A stretch of 52,650 nucleotides of DNA from a bacterium (GTDB lineage Bacteria; Armatimonadota; JACIXR01): NCBI GenBank assembly GCA_049970775.1, contig JBMFMH010000003.1:1-52650 (forward strand), written 5' to 3'. The position numbers were made by a program, and so were the translations under genes. The notes beneath the pieces were generated by a model. That model searched no databases, was not told the DNA's origin, and saw nothing but the letters and a program-made list of their open reading frames with translations. Numbering within the stretch: position 1 is the stretch's first letter; each line of letters opens with the position of its first letter. Shown here in pieces: positions 10,124 to 20,748 of this stretch.

Positions 10124-11242
10124 CTACCGTTGATTCCCTCCCATCTTTTCCCTAATCGCATCGCAGATGAACTCTATCTCCTCTCTTTTTATCTCCGGAT
10201 ACATCGGTAGAGAGAGAACCATCTTAGAAGCCCTTTCCGCACGAGGAAAATCCCCTTCCTTATAACCTAAATCGCCGTAAATTGAAATCAAATGAAGGGG
10301 AACGGGATAATAAACCGCGGTTTCCACGCCCTTCTCCCTAAGATACCTTTGCAATTCATCCCTTTCCTCAAGGGCGATAACATAGGAATAATATATGTGC
10401 TTGCAACCTTCTTTCTCAACAGGCAAATGCAAATCTAATCCCCTCAATAGGTAATCATAAACCCTTGCATTATCCCTCCTTCTCTCGTTCCACTCGTCAA
10501 TATACTTCAGCTTTACCTGAAGAATTGCTGCTTGTAAAGCATCCAATCTGCTCTTATACCCATCCCTTATGTATTCCCTATATTTGCTTGTTGCCCCATG
10601 CACCCTTAACGCCTTCACCTTTTCCGCCACCTCTTCATCGTTAGTGGTCACAAGTCCTCCATCTCCATAACAACCGAGATTCTTCGTTGGGAAAAAGGAA
10701 AAACAACCGACATCTCCAATTGAGCCCACCTTTTTCCCCTTGTATTCTGCCCCGAAAGCCTGAGCACAATCCTCCACTACCTTCAAATTGAACCTTCTTG
10801 CAATCTCCATTATTCTATCCATCTCCGCTGGATGCCCGTATAGATGCACAACTAAGATTGCCTTCGTTCTCGGCGTTATCCTCTGCGAAATCTCCTCAGG
10901 GTCTATATTGTAGGTTTCCTCATCTATATCAGCGAAGACAACTTTTGCCCCTCTTCTTCTTATCGCCTCTGTCGTCGCTATGAAAGTAAAGGGAGTGGTT
11001 ATCACCTCGTCCCCTTCACCGATTCCAAGGGCATCAAGAGCGAGGAGAAGAGCATCTGTTCCCGACCCCACGCCAACCGCGAACCTCGTCCCGATGTATT
11101 CGCCCGCTTGCCTTTCAAAGTTCTCCACCTCTGGTCCCAAAATGAACCTCCCACTCTCAAGAACCCTATCTATGGCGGATTGAATTTCTTCTTTTATCTT
11201 ATGATACTGGGCAACGAGGTCAACGAGCTGTATCCTCTTCAT
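10124..11242 (-). CDS. DegT/DnrJ/EryC1/StrS PLP-dependent sugar aminotransferase (WbpE-like)
   Basis: SGTDAL, EDCAQA and [14 protein letters not shown] (PLP Lys). ATG 11242 overlaps the upstream stop (ATGA). Confidence 0.92.
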   Translation of the reverse strand: MKRIQLVDLVAQYHKIKEEIQSAIDRVLESGRFILGPEVENFERQAGEYIGTRFAVGVGSGTDALLLALDALGIGEGDEVITTPFTFIATTEAIRRRGAKVVFADIDEETYNIDPEEISQRITPRTKAILVVHLYGHPAEMDRIMEIARRFNLKVVEDCAQAFGAEYKGKKVGSIGDVGCFSFFPTKNLGCYGDGGLVTTNDEEVAEKVKALRVHGATSKYREYIRDGYKSRLDALQAAILQVKLKYIDEWNERRRDNARVYDYLLRGLDLHLPVEKEGCKHIYYSYVIALEERDELQRYLREKGVETAVYYPVPLHLISIYGDLGYKEGDFPRAERASKMVLSLPMYPEIKREEIEFICDAIREKMGGNQR

Positions 11243-11979
11243 TGGTTCTCCACCCATTCCTCAGGAGGAACATCCCTCTCTACCCTTGCCGGCACCCCTT
11301 TAACCAGCTTATAAGGAGGAACATCACGAGTTACTATTGAACCAGCAGCGACAAAAGCTTCCCTTCCTATCCTTATATTAGGCAAGATGATGGAGTTCGC
11401 TCCCACCCGAGCACCAAACTCAATATGAGCCCCTCCTTTATACTTAAATCTCTCCCTCGTCCGTCCCATAAAATTGTCATTTGTTGTAACAACACAAGGT
11501 GCTATAAATACATAATCCTCAATGGTTGTGAGAGCACAGATATAGGCGAGGGATTGCAATTTGACATAATTTCCTATCTTAACATCGTTGTCAATCACAA
11601 CTCCCCTTCCCACTATCACATAATCACCGATTTCACAGTTCTCCCTTATAGAAGCGAGGTCGGCTACCATCGTTCGCTCCCCTATTTTAACCCCAGCATA
11701 GATGATCGCCGATGTGCCGATGGTGCAATATGCACCTATCTTTGTAGGAGGGAAAGGTTTCTCCACCTTGACGGTAGAGGTAGGAGCTGGTGTTGGCTGC
11801 TTACCTATTACCACATTATCACCTATTAATGTATTATGCCCGATGAAACAACCGGGGTAAATCACCACATTGTTCCCTATCTTTACCTCGTCCTCTATCA
11901 CCACATCGTCCTCTATAATCACATTTTCCCCCATGGTCACCCCTTTCCCTAGCTTCGCTTTCTCGCTTATATAATTCAT
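11239..11979 (-). CDS. Hexapeptide-repeat N-acetyltransferase (WbpD/WlbB-like)
   Basis: Left-handed beta-helix repeats, TTND and [17 protein letters not shown]. Confidence 0.88.
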   Translation of the reverse strand: MNYISEKAKLGKGVTMGENVIIEDDVVIEDEVKIGNNVVIYPGCFIGHNTLIGDNVVIGKQPTPAPTSTVKVEKPFPPTKIGAYCTIGTSAIIYAGVKIGERTMVADLASIRENCEIGDYVIVGRGVVIDNDVKIGNYVKLQSLAYICALTTIEDYVFIAPCVVTTNDNFMGRTRERFKYKGGAHIEFGARVGANSIILPNIRIGREAFVAAGSIVTRDVPPYKLVKGVPARVERDVPPEEWVENQ

Positions 11980-11983
11980 CTCT

Positions 11984-12982
11984 CTAACCTCCTTTTATCT
12001 TAATTCCTTTTTCAAGTGCCTTCTGGGCTAATTCAAGCACTTTGAGAACCTTCAAGCCCTCTTCCCCATCAGTCTTTGGCTTCTCCCTCGTTTGGATACA
12101 ACGAACGAACTCCTCGCATTCCTCTTTTAAAGGCTCCCTTTGGGGAACGGCAGGGGAATATATATCTCCATAGCGAGGAGTGAAAATGCTCATAATGGCG
12201 TTCTGTTTGATATCAATTGAATGTTCATAGACCTTAAGCTTTTCAAAAGGTTCAACATCGTCAAATATCAGCATCTTCTTCTCGCCCACTATCAAAGTTT
12301 TCCTTATCTTGTGAGGAGCTAGCCAGCTTACCTGGATATCAGCCATTATGCCTGAGGGTAAATCCAAGTGCAAAAAGATTATATCCTCTATGCCTTTTTG
12401 CAGGAAAAATCCACCGTGGGCGCAGATGGAGGATGGCATCTCATCAAAAACATAAAGAAGAATTGAGATATCGTGGGGGGCCAAAGACCAGAGGACATTT
12501 TCATCGCTCCGCACCTTTCCAAGGTTCAATCGCTGGGAGAAAAAGTAATAGGGCTTTCCTATCTCCCCGTTTTTTATCATCTCTTTCATCTTCTCGACTG
12601 CGGGATGGTAAAGCATAAGATGACCCACCATCAAAATTCTCTCGTTCTTATTGGCAAGCTCAACTAACTCCTCACCCTCGGAAAGTGAAAGGGCAAGGGG
12701 CTTCTCCACGAAAACATCCTTTTCCGCTTCAAGCGCTTTTCTGGCCAACTCATAATGCGTATTCGCTGGCGCAGCGATGAAGATGCCTTTAATATCTTTA
12801 TCGTTAAGAACGGCGTCATAGTCTGAGGTTACGAGGACATCGGGAAAAGAAGCCTTCGCTTTATTGCGATTCTCCTCGCTCAAATCAACGATATAAGAGA
12901 GCTGTGCGGACCTGCTCCCGATTAAGGAACGGGCTATATTAGGTCCCCAATAGCCATAACCTATCAAGGCAACCTTAACCAT
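11984..12982 (-). CDS. Gfo/Idh/MocA oxidoreductase (WbpB/WlbA/GnnA-like)
   Basis: GYGYWG, VEKP, VGH and LAPHD motifs; sugar-modification context. Confidence 0.88.
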   Translation of the reverse strand: MVKVALIGYGYWGPNIARSLIGSRSAQLSYIVDLSEENRNKAKASFPDVLVTSDYDAVLNDKDIKGIFIAAPANTHYELARKALEAEKDVFVEKPLALSLSEGEELVELANKNERILMVGHLMLYHPAVEKMKEMIKNGEIGKPYYFFSQRLNLGKVRSDENVLWSLAPHDISILLYVFDEMPSSICAHGGFFLQKGIEDIIFLHLDLPSGIMADIQVSWLAPHKIRKTLIVGEKKMLIFDDVEPFEKLKVYEHSIDIKQNAIMSIFTPRYGDIYSPAVPQREPLKEECEEFVRCIQTREKPKTDGEEGLKVLKVLELAQKALEKGIKIKGG

Positions 12983-13043
12983 TGAACAACCTCCTTATAT
13001 TATATAATAGAAGAAATTTTGCCAAGAAATGTTCCAAGAAGTT

Positions 13044-14123
13044 TCATAGAGAGGATATAATCTCCACAATCCTCTCTCCTGCCCTGCCATCGCCGAAGTA
13101 ATCTCTCCGTGGCGATGTGGGAGGCGATTTCCTTGCATATTCCAATATCTTTTCCACATCCGTTCCCGCAAGGACATTCCAACCACCTTCCAGCGTCTCC
13201 ACCCAACCAGTTTCGTTTCTTAATGTTATGCAAGGAACGCCCAAAAGATAAGCCTCCTTCTGCACCCCTCCTGAATCCGTCAATATCGCCCTTGCATTCC
13301 TCTCTAAAACCAACATATCCAGATATCCAACTGGTTCAATAACCTTCAATTTTCTCAATAAATCGCTCAAACCGTATCTTTCAACCGCTTTCTTAGTGCG
13401 TGGGTGAATGGGGAAAACGACGGGAAGCTCCAACTGATTGAGGGCGAATAGCAAGTTGTGAAGATTTTCCTTCCTATCGGTATTTTCCGCCCTATGAATG
13501 GTCGTTAGGTAATAGTTTTTTGGCTCCAAAGCTAAATCCTTGAGAATCCTGCTGTTCAATTCCGCTATGGGCAAGGAGCCGAGAATGGCATCAAACATAA
13601 CATCACCGACGAAGAAAACACCTTCTTCAATCCCTTCCCTTTTCAAATTTTTCACCGCGGTTTGGGTGGGGCAGAAAAGGAGCGAGGATAAATGGTCTGT
13701 AAGAATGCGGTTTTGCTCCTCAGGCATCGCTTTATTGAACTCCCTTATCCCTGCCTCTATATGAGCAACTTTTATGTTCAGCTTTGAGGCGGCGAGGGCA
13801 CCGGCGAGAGTGGAATTGGTATCGCCGTAGACAAGGACGAGGTCAGGTTTTTCCTTGAACAAGACTTCCTCTATGCGTTCAAGCATTCTCGCTGTCTGCT
13901 TGGCGTGAGTATCGCTTCCCACCTCCAAATTATAATCGGGTTTTTTTAATTTCAATTGTTGAAAGAAAATCTCGGACATCTCGTAGTCGTAATGCTGACC
14001 GGTATGGAGGAGGATTTCCTCTATCCGATGAGAAGAGGATACATTGTGTTTCTCAATTGCTTGAGAAACAATCGTCGCCTTGATGAATTGTGGTCTCGCT
14101 CCTACAACGGAGATAATCTTCAT
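13044..14123 (-). CDS. wecB: Non-hydrolysing UDP-N-acetylglucosamine 2-epimerase (WecB/WbpI-like)
   Basis: GARPQFIK, HTGQHYD, GDTNST, HIEAG.R, MPEEQNR and TDSGGVQKEA motifs. Confidence 0.92.
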   Translation of the reverse strand: MKIISVVGARPQFIKATIVSQAIEKHNVSSSHRIEEILLHTGQHYDYEMSEIFFQQLKLKKPDYNLEVGSDTHAKQTARMLERIEEVLFKEKPDLVLVYGDTNSTLAGALAASKLNIKVAHIEAGIREFNKAMPEEQNRILTDHLSSLLFCPTQTAVKNLKREGIEEGVFFVGDVMFDAILGSLPIAELNSRILKDLALEPKNYYLTTIHRAENTDRKENLHNLLFALNQLELPVVFPIHPRTKKAVERYGLSDLLRKLKVIEPVGYLDMLVLERNARAILTDSGGVQKEAYLLGVPCITLRNETGWVETLEGGWNVLAGTDVEKILEYARKSPPTSPRRDYFGDGRAGERIVEIISSL

Positions 14124-14240
14124 CCTTTTAAAAATTTTACCTTATTATAAGAAAATTTCAATTCACAATTAAAGGCTTCGTTGCTAGGTAACTCTTAAGA
14201 GGCAGAATTTTTGGGGACACCCCGACAGATTTCGTCTGCA

Positions 14241-14265
14241 GAGATTGCTTCGCTTTCGCTCGCAT
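14241..14265. repeat. Fragment of the REP-like element
   Basis: GAGATTGCTTCGCTTTCGCTCGCAT, nearly identical to 9902-9922 and similar to 79-105. Confidence 0.6.
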
Positions 14266-14376
14266 CTATTCTGGCTCTTAGGCCCCTATAGGTGCTCCAC
14301 GGAAATTTGGCCAAAAAATGGCAGGGCTCAAAGGCTCATGCGAGCGCACAGCCCTTCCTCCTCTGCATCCTAGTTG

Positions 14377-15900
14377 TTATTTGGCGTATTCTATTGCTCT
14401 TGTTTCTCTTATCACTACGACCTTTATTTGACCGGGATACTCCATTTCCTCCTCTATCCTCTTTGCGATATTTCTTGCCAAAACAGCCGCTTGCGCGTCG
14501 TCCACCTCCTCAGGCTTAACTATCACCCGAACTTCCCTTCCCGCTTGTATCGCATAGGAGCGCTCCACTCCAGGGAAGGAGGAAACGATTTTCTCCAACT
14601 GCTCAAGCCGCCTTAAATAAGCTTCCAGCATCTCTCTCCTCGCCCCCGGGCGAGCGGCGGAAAGAGCATCAGCTGCCTGAACGAGAACGGATTCTATGTA
14701 TTTGGGCTCCTCCTCTCCATGATGGGAGAGAATCGCGTTTATCACTTCATCCCTTTCCCCATATCTCTTCGCCACTCTTGCTCCTAACTGAGTGTGGGAG
14801 CCTTCCTCGTCAAGCGCCTTACCTATATCGTGAAGAAGCCCAGCTCTCCGCGCGATATTAGCGTTTACGCCGAGCTCCTCCGCCATTTGACCCGCTATGA
14901 AAGCTACTTCAAGCGAATGGGCAAGGACATTTTGACCATATGATGTCCTATATTTGAGCCTTCCCAATAGTCTTATCATCTCGGGATGGAGACCCATAAC
15001 CTTTGCCTTCTCCATCGCTTCCTCCCCTGCCCTGATAATCTCATCCTCTACCTCCCTTCTCGCTTTAGCCACCATTTCCTCTATTTTAGCGGGGTGAATC
15101 CTCCCATCTATTATCAGCTTCTCCAGGGCGATACGCGCTATTTCCCTCCTTACAGGGTCAAAGGAGGAAATGACGACGACCTCGGGTGTATCATCTATAA
15201 GGAGGTCAACGCCTGTGAGGCTTTCAAAGGCACGAATATTACGTCCCTCTCTACCAATTATCTTGCCTTTTACATCGTCGCTCGGTAGGATAACCGTTGT
15301 CACGGTTGCCTCCTGTGCCATATCAACGGCGCATTTTTGGATAGCGCTCGCAATTATATCCCTCGCCCTCGCTTCCGCCAGCTCCCTTATCCTCTTTTCT
15401 TCCTCCGCTACCCTTTGAGCTATCTCCTGCGCCAATTCCTCCTCAGTTCTTTTAAGAATTATCTCCCTTGCTTCTTCCTTGGAAAGATTAGCTATCCTTT
15501 CCAACTCCTCCCTTTGCTGTTTGACCAACTGCTCAACCTTAGCCTGCAATTCCTCTATCAACTTCTCACGGGACGCAATTTGCTTCTCCCTTCTATCAAG
15601 CGCTTCAATCCTTCTCTCTATCCTCTCCTGCTCCTGAAGGATTCTGTTTTCCCTCTTGCTCAGCTCCCTTCTTTGCTGCTGGAGGCTTTGTTCTATTTCG
15701 TTCTTGAATTTATGTGCCTCTTCCTTAGCTTCCAGCAAAGCCTCCCGTTTTAGGGACTCCGCTTCCCTCCTTGCCTTTTCAAGAATTTCCTCCGCTTCCC
15801 TTTCCTTTTCCCTCGCCTTTCTTATCCTCTTTTGATAAAGATAATATGCAGCTAAGGGCAATAGCGCCCATAGAACAACGCCTATTATAATGAACCACAT
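14377..15900 (-). CDS. rny: Ribonuclease Y
   Basis: N-terminal TM, coiled coil, KH domain ([13 protein letters not shown]), HD domain (LLHDIGK) and YAIQAGRE. Confidence 0.98.
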   Translation of the reverse strand: MWFIIIGVVLWALLPLAAYYLYQKRIRKAREKEREAEEILEKARREAESLKREALLEAKEEAHKFKNEIEQSLQQQRRELSKRENRILQEQERIERRIEALDRREKQIASREKLIEELQAKVEQLVKQQREELERIANLSKEEAREIILKRTEEELAQEIAQRVAEEEKRIRELAEARARDIIASAIQKCAVDMAQEATVTTVILPSDDVKGKIIGREGRNIRAFESLTGVDLLIDDTPEVVVISSFDPVRREIARIALEKLIIDGRIHPAKIEEMVAKARREVEDEIIRAGEEAMEKAKVMGLHPEMIRLLGRLKYRTSYGQNVLAHSLEVAFIAGQMAEELGVNANIARRAGLLHDIGKALDEEGSHTQLGARVAKRYGERDEVINAILSHHGEEEPKYIESVLVQAADALSAARPGARREMLEAYLRRLEQLEKIVSSFPGVERSYAIQAGREVRVIVKPEEVDDAQAAVLARNIAKRIEEEMEYPGQIKVVVIRETRAIEYAK

Positions 15901-15918
15901 TTATTAACACCTCCCTTT

Positions 15919-16374
15919 TTAAGGGGAGGGAAAGAGAAACCTCAACGCTCTTTCAACTATTGTCCAGGAAAAGCCCCTCCTTAGGAGAAAGGAAGCAAGT
16001 TTCTCCCGCCTGCGAGGGTCGGAGGGTGGAATAGACGCAAGACGACGGCGCCCTATTTCAAGGGCGTTCTCAAGCTCTTCTTCCTCGGTTATTGAGCCTA
16101 CAACCTGCCTCGCTATTTCATTCTCCACTCCCTTCTTTAGCAACTCCCTTAAGAGGCGAATCCTACCATACCTTCCCTTCCTTCCTTCCACCCATTGATA
16201 CGCGAAGCGAGAGTCATTAAGCAGACCTTCGCCTTTCAGCCAAGCTATTGCTTCCTCCGCCGTCTTTTCGTCTATTCCTTTCTCCTTTAGCTTTTCTCTT
16301 GCTTCCTTCTCCGTTCTATCACGGAAGGAGAAAAATCGCAATAAAATCTCCTTTGCTTTGAGGAGCTCGCTTAT
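15919..16374 (-). CDS. recX: Regulatory protein RecX, probable non-canonical ATA start
   Basis: RDRTEKE, LLNDSRFA, YGRIRL..EL.KKGV and FLLRRGFS motifs. The RecX-like helix KAKEILLRF lies upstream of the TTG at 16341, and SD AAAGGAGG sits 8 nt before the in-frame ATA at 16374. Confidence 0.85.
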   Translation of the reverse strand: MSELLKAKEILLRFFSFRDRTEKEAREKLKEKGIDEKTAEEAIAWLKGEGLLNDSRFAYQWVEGRKGRYGRIRLLRELLKKGVENEIARQVVGSITEEEELENALEIGRRRLASIPPSDPRRREKLASFLLRRGFSWTIVERALRFLFPSP

Positions 16375-16455
16375 TCTTTTTGCCTCCTTTCAAGAAGTTC
16401 TTTATTGCAAATCTTTTTTAGGAGGATGTTCTCTTTCCTATCCCCTTTTTATTTA

Positions 16456-16484
16456 ATTATAGCCAATCCTCCCAATTTAGACAA
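16456..16484 (-). promoter_or_regulatory. Putative sigma70-type promoter of recX-rny
   Basis: TTGTCT (16484-16479)-17-TATAAT (16461-16456). Confidence 0.6.
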
Positions 16485-16495
16485 GGAATTGTGTG

Positions 16496-16543
16496 ATTCC
16501 ATAACATATTAGACTCGATAAGGAGGTGAGGATATCGGCGTTT
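16496..16543 (+). repeat. 48-bp dispersed direct repeat, copy 1
   Basis: 46/48 identical to 52603-52650. Confidence 0.9.
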
Positions 16544-16567
16544 AATCAAAAACTCAAGATTTGGACT

Positions 16568-16605
16568 GGGGCTGGGGGTCCTACGGACCCCCAGCCCCTA
16601 TTTTT
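16568..16605 (+). terminator. Intrinsic terminator-like hairpin
   Basis: Perfect 14-bp stem GGGGCTGGGGGTCC-TAC-GGACCCCCAGCCCC followed by TATTTTT on the + strand. Confidence 0.75.
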
Positions 16606-17386
16606 ATTTGTATTTTATTATCTTTTCAAAAACTTCCGCCCTCGCAGATGCCCTCCCCACTAAAGCCCCGTCTATCTCCTCCTTCTCCATAAAACTTCTG
16701 ATGTTATCAGGGTCAACACTCCCACCATACAGAATTCGCACCACCTCGGCCCTATCTCCAAATAGCTCCCTCACCTTCACCCTTATCAGCCCGATTATCC
16801 TATTCGCCTCTTCAGGGTCGCAAAACTCACCAGTCCCTATCGCCCAAACCGGCTCGTAAGCTATGACGACTCCATTTATATCCTCAACATTCGCTAGCGC
16901 CCTCTCCACTTGATAGCGAACAATCTCGTCCTGCTTCCCCGCCTTTCTTTCCGAGAGAGTTTCACCCACACATATTATTGGTTTCAAACCAACTCTCAAA
17001 GCGGAGACAACCTTCAAATTCACCGTTTCATCGCTCTCACTAAAGTAGGAAAGAAGCTCCTCCTTCACGCTTCCTACACCGAACCTTCCTCTCGTCTCCG
17101 AATGCCCTATTATCACATACTCGCATCCTAAATCCCTGAGGCTTAGAGGAGAAACCTGGGAGGTAAACCCACCTCTTTCCGCCCAGAACACTCCTTGTGC
17201 CCCCAGCTTGACGCTTGTTCCTTTTAGGGCATCCCCCACTATTGGCAGGAAGGGAAAGGGAGGGCAGATTACCACCTCGCATTCCGCTCCCTCAGCTGCC
17301 TCCGCTATCCCCTTAGCTTCCCTTTCGCATTCCTCAGTTGTGACATTGTATAACTTCCAATTAGCGGCCATTAAAGGGGTTCTCAT
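16604..17386 (-). CDS. tpiA: Triosephosphate isomerase
   Basis: ANWK, GHSE, AYEPVWAIGTG and LYGGSV motifs. Start at ATG 17386 (SD GAGGTG). Confidence 0.96.
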   Translation of the reverse strand: MRTPLMAANWKLYNVTTEECEREAKGIAEAAEGAECEVVICPPFPFLPIVGDALKGTSVKLGAQGVFWAERGGFTSQVSPLSLRDLGCEYVIIGHSETRGRFGVGSVKEELLSYFSESDETVNLKVVSALRVGLKPIICVGETLSERKAGKQDEIVRYQVERALANVEDINGVVIAYEPVWAIGTGEFCDPEEANRIIGLIRVKVRELFGDRAEVVRILYGGSVDPDNIRSFMEKEEIDGALVGRASARAEVFEKIIKYK

Positions 17387-17394
17387 TTTCCACC

Positions 17395-18567
17395 TCACTT
17401 ATCTTGAAGGACGGCTACGCCTGGCAGTTCCTTACCTTCAATGAACTCAAGCGATGCGCCGCCACCTGTGGAGATGTGAGAAATCTTATCCGCATAGGAA
17501 AGCTCCTCTAAAGCAGCTGCGATATCGCCTCCACCAACTATGGAGAGCGCGTTTGATTCCGCAACAGCCTTTGCTATCCCTTTTGTCCCTTCAGCAAAAG
17601 CCTCTATTTCATAGATTCCCATTGGTCCGTTCCAAAAGATGGTCTTTGCCTCTTTGATGTATTTGGAGAAAGTTTCAACGCTTTTGGGACCTATATCGAC
17701 GCCAATCCAATCGGGAGGAATGCTATCAACGGGAACAGTCTTATAGGAAGCATCGGGAGCGACCTTATCAGCAACGACCACATCTTCAGCTAAAACTATC
17801 TTATCGCCAGCTTTTTCCAGAACACCCTTCGCGTAATCAAGATGCTCCGCATCGAGAAGACTCTTGCCTATCTCCAATCCCTTTGCCTTGAGGAAGGTGA
17901 AGAGCATTCCGCCTCCGATTAAAAGGTAATCCGCCTTGTCCAAGAGATTATCTATTACACCGATTTTATCGCTAACCTTAGCGCCACCGAGGATAACGAC
18001 GAAGGGCTTATCGGGAGCGGAGATAACTTTGCCGAGGAATTCCAATTCTTTCTTCATAAGGAAGCCAGCAACAGCTGGAAGGTAATTGGCGACACCGACG
18101 GTTGAGGCGTGAGCGCGATGGGCGGTTCCAAAAGCGTCGTTGACATATATATCGGCAAGTTCAGCTAATTGGCGTGCGAATTCGGGGTCGTTCTTCGTTT
18201 CGCCCTCATAAAACCGCACATTCTCAAGCATAATTATGTCCCCGGGTTTCATTTTCTCAACAGCTTCCTTCACCTCCGGACCAACGCAGCTATCAAGCTT
18301 GAGAACAGGTTTGCCCAATATCTCGCTTAGACGATGAGCCACATTATCCATCTTCAAAGAGGGGTCAAACCCTTTGGGGCGTCCCAAGTGGGAAACAAGG
18401 ATGAGCTTTGCTCCCTTATCTAAAAGATAACCAATTGTGGGGATAGCTGCTCTTATCCTTCTATCATCAAGGATTGAACCGTCCTCGCCCAAGGGGACAT
18501 TGAAATCCACCCTCATCAAAACCCTCTTTCCGCTTACATCTATATCCTTTACGCTTTTCTTCTCCAT
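17395..18567 (-). CDS. pgk: Phosphoglycerate kinase
   Basis: RVDFNVP, SHLGRP, LENVRF, WNGPMG and STGGGASLE motifs. Confidence 0.99.
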   Translation of the reverse strand: MEKKSVKDIDVSGKRVLMRVDFNVPLGEDGSILDDRRIRAAIPTIGYLLDKGAKLILVSHLGRPKGFDPSLKMDNVAHRLSEILGKPVLKLDSCVGPEVKEAVEKMKPGDIIMLENVRFYEGETKNDPEFARQLAELADIYVNDAFGTAHRAHASTVGVANYLPAVAGFLMKKELEFLGKVISAPDKPFVVILGGAKVSDKIGVIDNLLDKADYLLIGGGMLFTFLKAKGLEIGKSLLDAEHLDYAKGVLEKAGDKIVLAEDVVVADKVAPDASYKTVPVDSIPPDWIGVDIGPKSVETFSKYIKEAKTIFWNGPMGIYEIEAFAEGTKGIAKAVAESNALSIVGGGDIAAALEELSYADKISHISTGGGASLEFIEGKELPGVAVLQDK

Positions 18568-18583
18568 ATCTTTCTAACACCTC

Positions 18584-19600
<1,017 letters not shown>

Positions 19601-19703
19601 TCATTACCTCCTTTAAGATTTTTTATTAAAAATAACCCTTCTTGGAGAAAAAGTCAAGAATAAAATATCTAGCTTTTCGGAATTATTAAACCATGCCGAA
19701 AAT

Positions 19704-19732
19704 TTGACATTTAAGTTATAAAAATTTAAGAT
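19704..19732 (+). promoter_or_regulatory. Putative sigma70-type promoter of the thiE operon
   Basis: TTGACA-17-TAAGAT, ending 12 nt before the ATG. Confidence 0.6.
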
Positions 19733-19744
19733 TTCTGCCAAGCT

Positions 19745-20722
19745 ATGATAAAAGGCTTATATGTAATCATTGAGGATTCCCGCTATGCGGAGGATGTTTT
19801 AAGAGGAGGATGTAGTATCCTCCAGCTGAGAAACAAAAATGCCTCAACAGCTTTCCTCTTTGAGGAAGGCAAAAAGCTTCGGGAATTAACCAGAAGATAT
19901 AATGCCCTTTTCATAGTCAATGATAGGGTGGACTTGGCGCTTGCCTGTGAGGCTGATGGGGTTCATTTGGGGAAAGAGGATTTGCCAATCAGGATAGCGA
20001 GAAAACTTCTCGGCAAAAGGATAATAGGCTTTTCCGTGGATAACCTTGAGGAGGCTTTAATGGCGCAGAAGGAAGGAGCTGACTATGTTTCTCTCGGACC
20101 AATCTTTCCCACCCAAAGCAAACCTGATGCTGGTCAGCCGGTGGGATTGGAGGAGTTAGCAAGGGTCAGACGCCATATCCATCTCCCTCTTGTTGCCATA
20201 GGCGGGATTAACGAGTATAATTTAATTAAAGTCGTGAAAAATGGCGCTGATGCTGTTGCGGTCATCTCGGCTGTTTCCCATTCCCCCTCTCCCCGCCAAG
20301 CCGTTGAAGCGCTTCTCTCTCTTTTTGAAAAAGCTATGCGGGAGTATAGAATGAAGGTCAGGATAAGATTTGAGAAAAGCGGTGTTGAGGTTGAAGGCGA
20401 ACTCTTCCCCGGCGAAACCGCTGACCTGCTTTATAATGCTTTACCCATTCGCACCAAGGTGGAGAGATGGGGGAAGGAGATTTACTTTCCCACCCCTGTG
20501 GAATGCGAGCCGAGCAACCTCAAGGAAACAGTTGAACTAGGCGATATGGGTTATTGGCCGCCTGAAAGCTCCTGGTGTATCTTCTTCGGTCCAACGCCTA
20601 TCAGCAAAAAAGGAGAAATAAGACCCGATAGCCCCGTTGAGGTTTTCGGAAAGATAGTGGGGAAGCTAAAGGATTTGAACAAAGTAAAGGATGGGGACAT
20701 CGTTATCGTTGAAAAAATTTAA
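19745..20722 (+). CDS. thiE: Thiamine-phosphate synthase fused to a cyclophilin-like (TM1367/DUF369-type) domain
   Basis: QLRNK, NDRVDLA, GVHLG, GPIFPTQSK and AIGGI in aa 1-200. The C-terminal 123 aa carry WGKEIYF, GDMGYWPP and CIFFGPTP. Confidence 0.88.
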   Translation: MIKGLYVIIEDSRYAEDVLRGGCSILQLRNKNASTAFLFEEGKKLRELTRRYNALFIVNDRVDLALACEADGVHLGKEDLPIRIARKLLGKRIIGFSVDNLEEALMAQKEGADYVSLGPIFPTQSKPDAGQPVGLEELARVRRHIHLPLVAIGGINEYNLIKVVKNGADAVAVISAVSHSPSPRQAVEALLSLFEKAMREYRMKVRIRFEKSGVEVEGELFPGETADLLYNALPIRTKVERWGKEIYFPTPVECEPSNLKETVELGDMGYWPPESSWCIFFGPTPISKKGEIRPDSPVEVFGKIVGKLKDLNKVKDGDIVIVEKI

Positions 20723-20748
20723 GGACATTTAGAAGGAAGTGATAGAGA

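Noticed and set aside
14150-14376. 6S RNA or riboswitch next to rny
   Set aside because: No long irregular hairpin with a central bubble and no recognisable aptamer; the region is explained by a repeat fragment and a small hairpin.
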